Shown: positions 10,717-22,496, numbered from the stretch's first letter. The stretch is 64,000 nt of DNA from an uncultured Chloroflexia bacterium (GCA_963695715.1 CAVOHP010000014.1:154612-218611), one strand, 5' to 3'. Numbers and translations are program-made. The notes: generated by a model from the letters alone, not told the origin.

Positions 10717-11140
10717 CTAAGCAAGCAGGCTGAGAATCAGATTCATGGCAACAGGATTTGCGTCGACGCCGATACCCAACAGGCTCAACACCCAGTTGAT
10801 GAGCCAGCCGACAACGCCAATCGCGATGGCAGCGATGAGCGCGCCGGTGAAGCCATTGGTCTTTAGGCCCGGCAGGAATGACGCGCCGAACATCAGGACA
10901 AGCGCTGCGACGACGACAGTGATGATCCATCCAAGGAGGCCGCCCATGGATCCGAGGTTGATACCGAGAAGCCCGAGCAGCCAGTTGACGACAGCGACAA
11001 TCAGGGCGATCACCAAAGCCGGCGATGATCGCGCTGCCGAAGCTGTCAACACTGAGGCCGAGGTTGAGTCTGCTCACGATCCAGAGAACCAGAGCAGCCG
11101 CGAGAAGAGCGATGATAAATGTCAGAATTGCACCAAGCAT
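10717..11140 (-). CDS. Small 4-TM membrane protein, resembles the phage-holin-4_2 (DUF360) family; one frameshift
   Basis: MLGAILTFIIALLAAALVLWIVSRLNLGLSVDSFGSAIIAG then, in a second frame, ...LIVAVVNWLLGLLGINLG...LGWIITVVVAALVLMFGASFLPGLKTNGFTGALIAAIAIGVVGWLINWVLSLLGI; family call is tentative. Confidence 0.45.
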
Positions 11141-11306
11141 GTAGAATGCTCCTTTCAGATGAGCCTGAGAAATGAAACGCCCGCCTGTAAGAATATTATA
11201 TCAAGTATGTTGACGCTTGTCCAGATAGCAAAATTTGAAAAGGGCCCAGACTCACCCGGCTGAAGCCTCCAGTCCAGCGCGGGAGAATCGCCTGCACTTT
11301 GGAATC

Positions 11307-12227
11307 CTAACCGGCGTGCGCCTCCAGCTTGCGGAACAGATCGGCGAAGATCTTGTCGCGGCGCAGGCGGGTGGCCTCGCGAATCAGGTGACGGCGCGGG
11401 TCGTGGCTCCAGGTCTGGTCATCCGTCAGGATCGGGCTGTGGATCACGGCGCTCTCGACCCACTCCTGATTGACGAGCCAGGCGATGGCCCCCACATCCC
11501 AGATTTCCTTCGACCACGCGTAATGATCGTCATGGTACGCGCTGAATGTGTCATACAGATATGCGCCGAGCGCGCCGGAGCCTTTGACGTAACGTTCCAA
11601 CTCGGCCTGCGTGGTCTTCAGATGCTCGGTCACGTTGATGCACGGGATCTGCACCAGCGGGACGCCGCAATCGAGGATCAGCCGCGACGCGGCCATGTCC
11701 TGAACCATGTTGAATTCGGTGGCGCGATACCAGTTATAGGGGTTGCCGCCCAACCACACCACGACGATGCGCTCGATGATCTCGGGCGCAGAGAGGATCG
11801 CCGAGGCCACGTTCGTGATCGCGCCGATGGCGACCACATAGAGCGGGTCGTCCGCCGGCATCAGCGCGCGCCGCACGAGGTCTTCCGCCGCCGGGCTGGG
11901 CGCGGGGCCGTCGCCGCCGGTCAGCCACCGCCGCGAGCCGTGATGGACGAACCCTTCGGCGGGGCGATCCATCCGCGCGAGGATGCGGAGGATCTCGTCA
12001 TAGCTCTTGAGCATGCCGTCTTCCGGTCCCGTCGAGCGGTCGTTGAAGAAGGGCGCGGCATAAATCGCCTCACAGTGCAGGCGATCCGGCGAGAGCAGGG
12101 TGTAGGCCAGCGCGAACTGATCGTCCACTTCGTTGAACGTGTCGGTGTCCAGCACCATGCGGACCGGTTTGGCCGGCCACTCCAGCATCTCCAATCGCCG
12201 GGCGGGAGAGATCACAGGGTAGGTCAT
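11307..12227 (-). CDS. Nucleoside hydrolase (inosine-uridine preferring family)
   Basis: LDTDTFNEVDDQFALAY aspartate-cluster motif; 306 aa, intact. Confidence 0.85.
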   Translation of the reverse strand: MTYPVISPARRLEMLEWPAKPVRMVLDTDTFNEVDDQFALAYTLLSPDRLHCEAIYAAPFFNDRSTGPEDGMLKSYDEILRILARMDRPAEGFVHHGSRRWLTGGDGPAPSPAAEDLVRRALMPADDPLYVVAIGAITNVASAILSAPEIIERIVVVWLGGNPYNWYRATEFNMVQDMAASRLILDCGVPLVQIPCINVTEHLKTTQAELERYVKGSGALGAYLYDTFSAYHDDHYAWSKEIWDVGAIAWLVNQEWVESAVIHSPILTDDQTWSHDPRRHLIREATRLRRDKIFADLFRKLEAHAG

Positions 12228-12275
12228 CGTCTATTTGGCTCCTTCGGTCGTATGTGAGTTTTCAGCGACGCGCCT

Positions 12276-13133
12276 TCAGACGGGCAGCGGGAAACCTTTG
12301 CGGCGCTCTTCCAGATAGGGCCAGAAGCCTTCGGGCGCGTGGGTGGAAATCCAGCCTGCGCGGTCGGCCAGCATCGCGGCCCAGATCGTCTCGGCTTCCT
12401 CCCAGGAAATGCGCTCACCGGCAGGCAGCGCCTCAGCCTGCCGTAGCAGTTCGTCGGAGAGTTGCTTGAAGTAGGCGACCTGGCTGGCGACGATGGCTTC
12501 GCCTTCGCGCCGCGAGGACTCGCGCGCGTTCGAAGGCGACGCGAAAATAACGCCCTCATACGGCTCATCGGGCATCCGGGTGAGGTCTACCAGTTCGGGG
12601 CGCAGCGCAAGCAGTTGCGACGTCTCGCACTTACCGGCGTGGTCGCCGCGATAGCCGCCGTAGCGAATGGCCTCCCAATCGGCCAGCGCGACGGCGCGCA
12701 GGGGCCGTTGCGCGGAGTAGAGCGCGCAGACCTGTTTCATGTCCACCTCGATGCCGCCGTAATGGCCGGTGACGCAGATCGCCGCGCGGAAACCGGCCGC
12801 TTCGGCGGCGCGCAGTTGATAGACGAGTTGGTGGAGAAAGACCTCCGGTGGGACACAGGTCAGATAGGGTGACGGCGCATTCTGACGCGCGAGCCAGTCG
12901 AGGCCGAGCGGCGTCTCATGCACGTGCCACCAGACGGGGGGCGCGACCACACCGCCATGCGTCGCGGCGGCGCGCTGCACCAGGGCATACGCCTTCAGGC
13001 CGTCGAGACCCATGGCGTTCTGCAAGCCGTGCGGCTCACTCAAGCCGAAGGAGAGATAGCAGACCGGCCGCGCAGCGACGGCAGCCTCGAACTCATCCAC
13101 GAACATTTCTTGCCAAAGGACGGATGCACACAT
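12276..13133 (-). CDS. Creatininase-family amidohydrolase
   Basis: CYLSFGLSEPHGLQNAMGLDG resembles the creatininase LPxGxxEQHGPHLPLGTD metal-binding region; 285 aa, intact. Confidence 0.7.
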   Translation of the reverse strand: MCASVLWQEMFVDEFEAAVAARPVCYLSFGLSEPHGLQNAMGLDGLKAYALVQRAAATHGGVVAPPVWWHVHETPLGLDWLARQNAPSPYLTCVPPEVFLHQLVYQLRAAEAAGFRAAICVTGHYGGIEVDMKQVCALYSAQRPLRAVALADWEAIRYGGYRGDHAGKCETSQLLALRPELVDLTRMPDEPYEGVIFASPSNARESSRREGEAIVASQVAYFKQLSDELLRQAEALPAGERISWEEAETIWAAMLADRAGWISTHAPEGFWPYLEERRKGFPLPV

Positions 13134-13390
13134 GGGTTTGCTCCAAATGGGGTGGATTCTCGCGGTGGGACGGGCGGGTTATCCGCTCACCGGTATTCTA
13201 CGCCAACTCGGATGCGCTGCACAAGTGCACCCGCACCATACACGCCGCGTGGCTCTTCTTCGTAGTGGCGGCTTCTACGCTGCCGCGATACTCACGGCGG
13301 CTGATGCGATTAAGACTTACGCCGGTGAGCATTGGCGGTCGCCCGTGATGCTCTACCCTATGACATCCGGAGGAAAAAACGATAGCTTAG

Positions 13391-13468
13391 CGAAGAATCT
13401 CGCTGCGTCAGAGATTCTTGGCTGAGACGTCGCACCGTAACGGTTCTCAGGTCAACCGCTCAGAATGC
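13391..13468. repeat. Intergenic repeated element, copy A (inverted repeat GCGAAGAATCTC...GAGATTCTTGG followed by CTCAGGTCAACCGCTCAGAATG)
   Basis: Shares core blocks AGAGATTCTT, GGTCAACC and GCTCAGAATG with 32139-32200; both copies sit in divergent intergenic regions. Confidence 0.5.
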
Positions 13469-13620
13469 AGCGTACCACTGACGTCGCACTACGAAGAGGC
13501 CTGCGACGCGGTCTGGCGACGGCTTTGACGCATGCCCCGAAAGACGCTAGAATCACCTGTGAGCCATGTTGTGTGGTTCGCCTGTGATCTCTGCCCTGTC
13601 ACATCCGGAGGAACAAAACG

Positions 13621-15328
13621 ATGAAACGCACCTTTGTCTTGCTATCTCTGCTGGCGCTTGTCAGCCTGTTGTTTGCGGCTTGCACGCCCGCCGTGGCGCC
13701 GGCGCCGCCCGCGCCGCCTACCGAAGCGCCCGCCGAAGCGCCCACGGCGATGCAGCCCGTCTTGCCGACGCCCACCGATGCGCCGGCCGACGCGCCTACG
13801 GTCGAGGCAACCGATGCACCGGTCATCGAACCGGCGGGGCTTTCAGCTCCCATGACGCTGCGCCTGCCCGATCTGGAGGGGCGCGAAGTGATCGCCGTGA
13901 CAGAGAACGCCTATACGCCGCTCAACTTCGTGGATCCCCTCACCGGCGAGGCCGTGGGCTGGGAATATGAGGCCGTCGAGGAAATCTGCCGCCGCCTGAA
14001 TTGCACCGTGGACTGGCAGATCTCCTCGTGGGACGCCATGATCCCCGCCGTGAAGGACGGCCAGTTTGACGTGGGCATGGACGGCATCACCATCAACGAC
14101 GAGCGCAAGGAGCAGGTCGACTTCTCCATCCCCTACATGACCTCGGAGCAGTTCATGCTGCGTGCGCGCCGGGGAAGACCGCTTCACCGATGCGGCGAGC
14201 TTTGCCGCGGATGAGAATCTGTTGATCGGCTCGCAGGCCGGCACGACTAACTTCTACACCGCCGTATACGAAGTGCTGGACGGCGACGAGGCGAACCCGC
14301 GCATCAAGCTCTTCGAGACCTTCGGCGCGGCCGTGCAGGCCCTGTTGACGGGCGATGTGGACATGGTGCTGATGGACGCCGCGTCATCGAAGGGGTACAT
14401 CGGCGCCAACCCGGATAAGCTGGAGACCATCGGCGAACCGCTGGGCACGGAGGAGTTCGGCTTCATCTTCACGCCCGGCTCCGACCTGGTCGAGCCGTTC
14501 AACGCCGCCATCGCGCAGATGGCAGCCGACGGCTACCTGGATTATCTCAACAATCGGTGGTTCTTCCACACCGACCCCAACGCAGAAGACATGTATGACA
14601 AGCTGCCCGACCTGGAGGGGCGCGAGGTGATCGCGGTGACGGAGAATGCCTATACGCCGCTCAACTTCGTGGATCCCCTCACCGGCGAGGCCGTGGGCTG
14701 GGAATATGAAGCCGTCGAGGAAATCTGCCGCCGCCTGAATTGCACCGTGGACTGGCAGATCTCCTCGTGGGATGCCATGATCCCCGCCGTGAAGGACGGC
14801 CAGTTTGACGTAGGCATGGACGGCATCACCATCAACGACGAGCGCAAGGAGCAGGTCGACTTCTCCATCCCCTATATGCTCTCGGAACAGTTCATGCTGG
14901 TGCGCGCGGACGAGGATCGGTTCCAGACGCCACAGGAATTCTCACAGAATCCAGACCTTCTGATCGGCTCGCAGGCGGGCACGACCAACTTCTACACCGC
15001 CGTCTACGAAGTGCTGGACGGCGACGAGGCGAACCCGCGCATCAAGCTCTTTGAGACCTTCGGCGCGGCCGTGCAGGCCCTGTTGACGGGCGATGTGGAC
15101 ATGGTGCTGATGGACGCCGCCTCCACACGGGGGTACATCGGCGCCAACCCGGATGCGCTCAAGAGCCTGGGCGAACCGCTGGGGACAGAGGAGTTCGGCT
15201 TCATCTTCACGCCCGGTTCCGACCTGGTCGAGCCGTTCAACGCCGCCATCGAGACGATGCAGCAGGATGGCTACGCAGGATCGCTGAACCTGCGCTGGTT
15301 CTATCTGTACGATTCGGCCGCCAACTAA
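13621..15328 (+). CDS. Lipoprotein with two tandem periplasmic solute-binding domains (amino-acid ABC substrate-binding type); one frameshift at ~14164
   Basis: Signal peptide plus lipobox LFAAC, PA-rich linker, then two copies of [92 protein letters not shown]...SEQFML(V)RA.EDRF...[13 protein letters not shown]...; junction ctgCgtgcgcgcc versus copy-2 ctggtgcgcgcgg indicates a 1-nt insertion. Confidence 0.8.
13859..15305 (+). repeat. Direct tandem duplication, unit ~740 bp, copies nearly identical (a handful of substitutions in the ~290-nt block compared; second block more divergent), spanning one complete solute-binding domain
   Basis: 13860-14150 almost identical to 14600-14890; 14215-14520 nearly identical to 14955-15260; identical spurious antisense ORFs 13911-14129 and 14650-14868 arise from it. 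Confidence 0.85.
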
Positions 15329-15437
15329 TCCCCACGTTCGCACGATCTACGAAGCTGGAGGGCGGCTCGGAAGCAGCCTTTCAGCTTCGTATTTTTGCCG
15401 GGTTCGCAAAACCGCAAATATATCAAGGGAGCGCATC

Positions 15438-16295
15438 ATGAGCGCAGACACACTGACCTCGCCCGACGCACGCAGACCTTCCCTGGGCAAACGCCTGCGC
15501 GGCGTCCCCTACTGGCTGGTCGCCGCGATCATTCTGGCCGTCATATTTCTCTATGTCATGCTGACCGACGCCGATTATCGGGTCATCCTCATGGCCGTCG
15601 CGCAGGGCGTCAAGGTGACCGTCACCGTCACGCTGATCGCCTTCACGCTTTCATTGATCCTGGGCCTCATCATCGGGCTGATGCGCGTCTCACACAATCG
15701 GCTGGCGAATGAAGTCTCGACCTTCTACGTCGAGATTATCCGCGGGGTGCCGATGCTGGTGATCCTGTATTACATCGCGTTCGTCGCAACGCCGGCCATT
15801 ATTGTCCCGGTCAACGCCCTCGGGCAGGCGCTCTTATCTATCGGGATCCTGGCCGATCCGGCGAGGGCGCTGTCGGAAGTGACCGTGCGCCAGATGAACT
15901 TCACGGTGCGCGCCGTCATCGCCCTGACCATCGGATATAGCGCCTTCATCTCGGAGATCTTTCGGGCCGGCATCGAGTCTATCGGACGGGGGCAGATGGA
16001 GGCCGCCCGCTCGCTGGGGATGAGCTATCCCAGGGCCATGCGCTACGTGATCTTGCCGCAAGCCATCCGCAACGTCTTGCCGCCGCTGGGCAATGATTTC
16101 ATCGCCATGCTCAAAGATTCTTCGCTGGTATCGGTGCTGGGGGTGCAGGACATCACACAAATGGGCAAGGTTTATGCGGCCAGCACGTTCCGCTTCTTCG
16201 AGACGTATAATGTGGTCGCCTACTTATATCTCATCATGACGGTGGGGTTGGCGCTGATCCTGCGCGGGGTGGAGAAGAGGATGCCGGATCGGTGA
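15438..16295 (+). CDS. Polar amino-acid ABC transporter permease
   Basis: AAGGGAG ribosome-binding site; His/Glu/Gln/Arg-family permease signature region ...[41 protein letters not shown]; about 8 TM helices. Confidence 0.85.
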   Translation: MSADTLTSPDARRPSLGKRLRGVPYWLVAAIILAVIFLYVMLTDADYRVILMAVAQGVKVTVTVTLIAFTLSLILGLIIGLMRVSHNRLANEVSTFYVEIIRGVPMLVILYYIAFVATPAIIVPVNALGQALLSIGILADPARALSEVTVRQMNFTVRAVIALTIGYSAFISEIFRAGIESIGRGQMEAARSLGMSYPRAMRYVILPQAIRNVLPPLGNDFIAMLKDSSLVSVLGVQDITQMGKVYAASTFRFFETYNVVAYLYLIMTVGLALILRGVEKRMPDR

Positions 16296-16331
16296 TAAAC
16301 AGGGGAATCTGTCTGTCATACAGAATCTTCA

Positions 16332-16990
16332 TCAGTTCCGTCGGCGAGTCGAGCACCAGGTCGGCGTCGCGTAAGATCTTGGCGTGTGCCGAAACCACAC
16401 AGCACCCCCACCGACGAGCGCGCCCGCCAACCTTGCCGCGCGCACGTCCAGGTTGGTGTCCCCCACCATCACGCATTGCTCCGGCACAAGCCCTAATTGC
16501 TCGGCGGCCTTTTCGACCGGCATGGGATGTGGCTTGAGCCGCCGCACATCGTCACGCGTGATGACGACCCAGAATAGGTCGCCCAGCCCCTGCTGCGCCA
16601 GGTAAGCGACCGCGTCTTCGCGGCTGCGCGAGGTGACCACACCGAGCATCAAGCGTCTTGCCGACCAGGTCGTGCAGCATCCTCACGCTACCGTCCACCG
16701 GCACGAACTTGGCCGGCTTTCGGTGGCCTTGCAACAGACTGCACGAAGCCATTGGTCTTGAATAGAAGCCCATCCAGATGCAGGATATCCAACGGGTGAT
16801 GACGCGATTGGCAAGACCCTCGTTGGCCATGAGCACCCGGCGGGTCAGGCGTTCGTCTCTCCTCGACCGTGAGAGCGCGCCTCCAGGAAGCTCGACAGCG
16901 ACACAAAGCGCTCGATGATCTGGTCATCGGTTTCGATGAGCGTCCCGTCGAGATCGAACAGGACGGCGCTGAGCGGGCGCGCGGCCACCT
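16332..16990 (-). pseudogene. HAD-superfamily hydrolase split by two or more frameshifts
   Basis: N-terminal [15 protein letters not shown] (motif I) in one frame, middle segment in a second, C-terminal KPHPMPVEKAAEQLGLVPEQCVMVGDTNLDVRAARLAG (motifs III/IV) in a third; start approximate. Confidence 0.55.
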
Positions 16991-17039
16991 TCTCCTCCCA
17001 GGTCACTTTCGGGTCGGGTGAGAGGCTCAGGCCCCGGAA

Positions 17040-18146
17040 ATGGTTCCTGATCAAACAGTTTGCGCCCCACGTAAGAGCCGATCACGCGTAACGAGGCGAT
17101 GGTGGGCGCGGCCAGGAGAACGCCCAGCACACCGGCGATCTGCGGCGCCTGCGGCTGCGCCCACGATGACGATGGCCGGGTGCAAGGCGATCCGGCGGCC
17201 TACAATGCGCGGCATCAGATAGGCGTTTTCGACCTGGCCCAGCAACACGTAGGTCAGGGTCACGACGATGCCGAACGCGAGGTTGGGGATGGGCAGCCAT
17301 GATGAGCCAAGGATCAGGGCGATCAGGACGGCCGGGATGGCCGCCAGTCGTCAGGCCGATGCCGGGGACAAATTCCATGACCGCCGCCAGCAGCCCCAGG
17401 GCCGGCGCGTTACGCACCCCCAGGATGCTCATCAGAATCCACACGATGATGCCAATCACGGAGTTCATGACGAACTGGCCCTGCACGAACAGGTTCCAGA
17501 CCGATGCCAGTTCGCTCATCAGCCGGTCCAGCTCTGGCCGCCAGGCGGCAGGAACCCGGCTCAGGAAGGCCCCGCGAATCCGTGGGCCGTCACGCACGAG
17601 GATGAACACGAGGATGACGATGAAGAAGATCCAGAAGATGCTGGTGACTGCGCCGATGACCACCGATGCGGCGCCGGTCGCGACCGGGAAGAAGTATCTT
17701 TGCAGATTCTGGATCGTCGTCAAGTCGGGCTGAATCACGCTACGCAGCCATTGGTTGACCGGGGTATAGAGCGGGCCGAGATCGAAAGTCAACTCAGGCG
17801 TGATCGTTATCGGTCGGGGCGTGACGTCCAGAAGCTCGGTGATGACACTGACGAGGGTCACGGCAAAGGAGACAAGAAGATTATAGAGCGCCGGTACCAC
17901 CAGCACAATCGCCAGGACAAGAAGCACGATCGCTGAGAGCAATACGATGACAGCCAGCAGCGTCCGCGACCAGCCTGTGCGCCTTTCGAGGCGGTTGACC
18001 GGCAACGAGATTACATAGGCAAAGAGAACGGCCAGGGCGAGAGGACCAAGGATGGCGTGGATGCGAAAGAGCAACCATATTGACCCGATCAGGCCGGCAA
18101 TCACTACCAGTTGCTTGAAGAAGGGACTCCAACGAGTCGTCGTCAC
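17040..18146 (-). CDS. AI-2E-family (PerM/UPF0118) transporter; C-terminal ~90 aa displaced into other frames by 1-2 frameshifts
   Basis: 260 aa of multi-TM AI-2E-like sequence, then the frame degenerates; it continues in ORF 17051-17263 as [34 protein letters not shown]; end approximate. Confidence 0.6.
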
Positions 18147-18389
18147 AGTATATCCCTCAAACCAATATCTCGGGGTGAGTCAATCAGGCTTAATCTTACC
18201 ACAAGCAAACATGAGAGAGAAAGCCTCACCGGGAAGAGAAAGATCAGGCGCTGGGAAGATAGGCGCCGATCCGTTCATTGAGCCATTACCCGGCGGGCCG
18301 AAGTGTTATCCCAGCGCCTGATCTGTTCATTCAGCTATACCCCGGCGAACCGAAAACCGCTTCGGCTCGCCGGTGAGAGCACAAGTCGC

Positions 18390-21300
18390 TTACGGGAGGA
18401 TCACCGGGCAGTCCGGCGCCGTCCCGAGGCCGTTGCTGTCGGTGCAGACGATGCGGCCCTGAGGGGCCGGGTTCACGGGGGTGTTGGCGCTGATGTAGTC
18501 CGCCAGCACGTCATCCATTAGGTTCTGGGTGGTCATTCGAGAGGCGACATTCGGATACCCGTCGCCGCCGTAGGCCACGAAGTCGTTGGTCGTGAGCGTG
18601 TAGCTCGCGCCGGCCGTCATATCAATCGGCGCGCCGGTGCACGACCCATCGGCCGCCTGGCGCACCGCGCTCGACACGCGGCTATTGGGCGCCAATGCGA
18701 TGTCATAGGTGAAGCAGAGGCCTGAGATTTGCGGGAAGCGCCCGTCGCTGGTGGTCGTATTGAAGAACGATACGCCATTTTCCAGGAACGCCTTCAACTC
18801 GGAGCCTGAGATTTCCACCGTCACCGCTACGTTTCCGAACGGCAGCACGGCGAGGACTTGTCCACGCGTGATGGGGTACGGAGGCGGCGTGAAGGCCGGG
18901 CAGTAATCGCCGGCGATGTCCGTCGTCGGGCAGGTCAGATTGGCGCGCAAGCCGCCTGCGTTGGTGAGGGCGAAGTCGGTGAGGTAGGTCGTGCGCATCG
19001 CATCGGTGGTCAGATCGCCGATCAGCGACTCGCAGCGACGCCCGCTGGCGTTGCCGCAGATGTCGGCGCGCGGGATGGCGACGCCAGATTCACCAACCAT
19101 CGTGTTGAAGATCGGCCCAAGCTGGGTATTGAGGTCGTCAATCATCGCCTGGATCTCGGGATCAGATGTCACGCCGATGTTCCAGGGCTTGTGATAATCA
19201 CCCGTCATGTAGATCACGTCCTTGCGGTTCGTGTCAATCGTGAAGCGGGTGCGGTTGAACCGGACGCCGGCGTTGATATTCTCCGTCACCATGACGCCGT
19301 TGGGGCGGAAGGTCACGTACTGAAGATGCGTGTGGCCGCCATAGACGGCATCCACACCGACCAATGCATCGGCGAAGTCGAGCAACTCACTGGTCGCCGG
19401 GTCGGGATCCGTCACCGTGCCGCCAAATGCGCCGATGTGCCCCACCGCCAGCACGACGTCGGCCTTGGTCTTGCCCTTGAACTGAGTCACTGCGGTGTTC
19501 ACGGCAGCAACGGGGTCGGTCACCACGAACGGATCGAGGTAGCCGGGGAAGATGAGCTGAGGCAGCTCGGTCAGGGTGTAACCGACCACGCCAACCTTGT
19601 ACCCGCCCATGTTAAAGACCCGCGAAGGCGACCATTCGGCGGGCGTTTTGTTGGTTGCGGGGTCAATCACATTGGCCGACAGGTAAGGATGATCCGCCAG
19701 CGGGATCAACTCGGTGCGCAGGTACTCCTGCCCATAGTCGAACTCGTGGTTACCCAACGCGTCCGAGGTCACGCCCATCATGTTCTTCGTTTCGATGGTG
19801 GGTTTATCGCCAAAGAAGTTCGAGATGGGCGGCGTCGCGCCGGTCGAGTCGCCGGCGGCTACCGTCAGTGAACCATCTTTCGCCTCGGCCCGGTATACGT
19901 CGAACCACGGCTTGAGGAAGGCCGCGCCGCCGATGGCGAACGACGGATTGGTGACTCCGGTACCGCTGAGGTTATCAGAAGTCTGCGTCAGCGGGACGAG
20001 TTGGCCGTGGAAGTCGTTGATGCTCAATACGGTGAGCTCTTTGTATTGGCCGGGCGCCTTGAACAGCTCGTACATGATCCGGCCGCGAGCATTGACCGGG
20101 CCGGGGAAGTTCAGCATGAACGAGAGCGTCGGCGTCAGATCAATGGCCCGGACGCCCGCCGCAGGGCCGCCCTTCCAGATGCCGGGGCCGGCCGCCACGA
20201 ACGTGGCGTGCATGTTGACATTGTCCGCCAGGTTGACGGTCTCCGGCAGGTAGCCGTGCTGCCCGAAGAACTGCGAGAAGGCGATGGTCTGGCCCAGGGT
20301 CGCCGCATCGAACTGATACGGCGGCTTGAGCACCACGACGACATCGCCGCTGCGGTTGGGATGGAGGGAGTCGCTGCCATCCACGTCACGCAACTCTTCC
20401 TTCATCATGATCTTGAGCACAACGTCCGCGCCGGGGTTGGCCGGGTCGGTCAGGCCCTGGAAGGCGTTGACCACGGCTGTGCGCACCTGCTCATAGGTCG
20501 TCCCGGCGGGCAGCGTCGTGTTGACGTAAATCTGCGCCGTGCCGCCCGCCCAGCAGGCCTTGGCCAGGTTGACAGCGCCGGTTCCGGTCGCCGCGCGGCA
20601 GTTGCTGAAGACTTCGCTGCCGTCGCCGTTCTTCTGGATGCCGGCGTTGGCCAGCACCTTGCCGGCGTTCACCGCCAGCCACTGGGCGCCGAACCCATGA
20701 TCGGAGGCGGCGAAGACGGTGGTTTTGTTGCGGCCCATCATCAGCCGGGCCAGGGCCAGCGTGTCATCGGCTTCGGAGTAGGCGGCGCGGATATACCCGT
20801 CCGCAATTTCGGGCGTGATGACCTGGCCGAAAGAGGTGTAGGTGTTGTAGTAGGGGTTGTTGACCCCGTTCACCGAGGAGGTCGTGAGGCCCAGGAACAT
20901 ATGGGAGAACTCATCGGTGACAGGATTCCCCAACATCAGCAGGTCGGGCTGATAACCCATACCCATGACGGTCCCACCGCTCACCGTGGGCACAGGCCCC
21001 GTGCCCAGGATGTACTTGAGGTAGGTGTGGTGGGCGTCTTTCCACTTCAGGCCCTGCTCGGCATAGGTGTCTGCATCTACCAACCCCGATTCGAACACGG
21101 CATAGTCGGCGGCGGTCGAGCTGGGGAACCACTTGTTCAGGTCTTCTTCGAAGTCGCCGGGATACCCACAGCCGTTGCAGGTTGCAATGGCGCGCGCTCG
21201 CGGAGGTGAAGAAGAGGCTGAACTGGCTCAGGTCGGGCGCGAACAGCATGGCCTTGACGTAGAACCCGGCCGTCTTGCCCGAAGTCAGAGTGACCTTAAC

Positions 21301-22140
21301 ATCTGCCCAGCCGCCCTGCATCAGAGTGGCGATAGCCGCGCTGCCATCCTTACCGGCGGCATGGGGGGCAATCAAGACCTTGTCGTAATTGACGACACCG
21401 TCGTTGGTGGTGTCGTAGACGTAGAAGTCGTACTGGTCGTCAGCAACAGACGACGACGCAATATCGAATGTGCCCTGTTTGGCCGGGCTGTAGCTGGCCG
21501 GAACGTTGCTCCAACCGGCGGCATCGGCCAGGTCGTAACGCTGATATTGGACGCCGAACGCTGCGGCGCCGGCAGGCTGACCGGGCACATCCCAGTTGGT
21601 CCACAACCCGCGATTCGAGTAGAAGCCCCGATAGTCAATCACCGGGCCTTGCAACGGGGTGGATGTGCGGGATCCGCCGGCCCATTCAACCGATACGACC
21701 CGCTTGCCGGCGCGCTCTGCGGCTTCGGCGATGGTGTCTGCCTGCAGAACGTCATTCGAGAACGCCGCCGTGCGGTTGTTGAACAGGTCGCCGGATCGGA
21801 AGAAGGTGTTGTTGGTCGAACCATGTTCGCTGGGGTACGCGCCGGTTGCCAGGGTATACCACCCGACGCCGGTGTTGGGCGGGAAGGCTTGAACGAGACC
21901 ATTATCGCCCTTGACGCCTTTTGCCATCAATTCGGCATAGGTGGGCATGTCGCCTTCTGAAGCATAACGCTCCATGATATCGGGGCGCATCCCATCGGCG
22001 GCGAAGAAGATCGCCTTGTAGGCGAGCGGCTTCGGCGGCTGGGGCACTCCCACGGGCGCGGCGCTTGCGCTCAACGGCGCAAGCAACATCACGGCCAGCA
22101 GGCTGAAAACCAGTAGCCTGTACACGGACTTCCTACTCAT
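18390..22140 (-). CDS. Secreted fusion protein: alkaline-phosphatase-superfamily nucleotide pyrophosphatase/phosphodiesterase (NPP) domain plus 5'-nucleotidase/2',3'-cyclic phosphodiesterase (calcineurin-like plus 5'-NT C-terminal domain); one frameshift near 21200
   Basis: Signal peptide; [10 protein letters not shown] and [15 protein letters not shown] (NPP motifs) lie on opposite sides of the frame break; then [22 protein letters not shown] metallophosphoesterase motifs and a 5'-NT C-terminal domain; about 1,250 aa total. Confidence 0.75.
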
Positions 22141-22496
22141 GACCGTCTCCTTTCAGCAAACCTGATGAAAATTGGGCCGGGCCGATGGCGCACTGAAATC
22201 AAGGTGCACGCGAAGACACACCCCGGTTGCGTGAGCTATCGGCAAAATGATGAGAAACTTCGACGGACCGTCAGATGCTGGCATTAGCAGAAGATACCTG
22301 CCCACAGATGATAGGATATTATCATGCCTCGATTAAGAGGCCGGCAAGGTTCCGTGATGCAGCGATAAAGAGAAGGTTAAACTATCTTCAGGATAAATGA
22401 AGGGCGGCCGATTCGGCCACGGCCAGTCATCTATCAACTCGCGTATATTGAGTATAGCAGGGTCGCGGGGATAATTCAAGCACAATATAGCGGTAA

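Noticed and set aside
11235-12257. 340-aa plus-strand ORF
   Set aside because: Antisense to the well-supported nucleoside hydrolase; Arg/Asp/Gly-rich with no motif.
13911-14868. Two identical 72-aa minus-strand ORFs (13911-14129 and 14650-14868)
   Set aside because: Artefacts of the tandem duplication, lying antisense to the solute-binding domains.
18858-21209. 337-aa and 402-aa plus-strand ORFs
   Set aside because: Antisense to the NPP/5'-nucleotidase gene, which has strong domain motifs on the minus strand.
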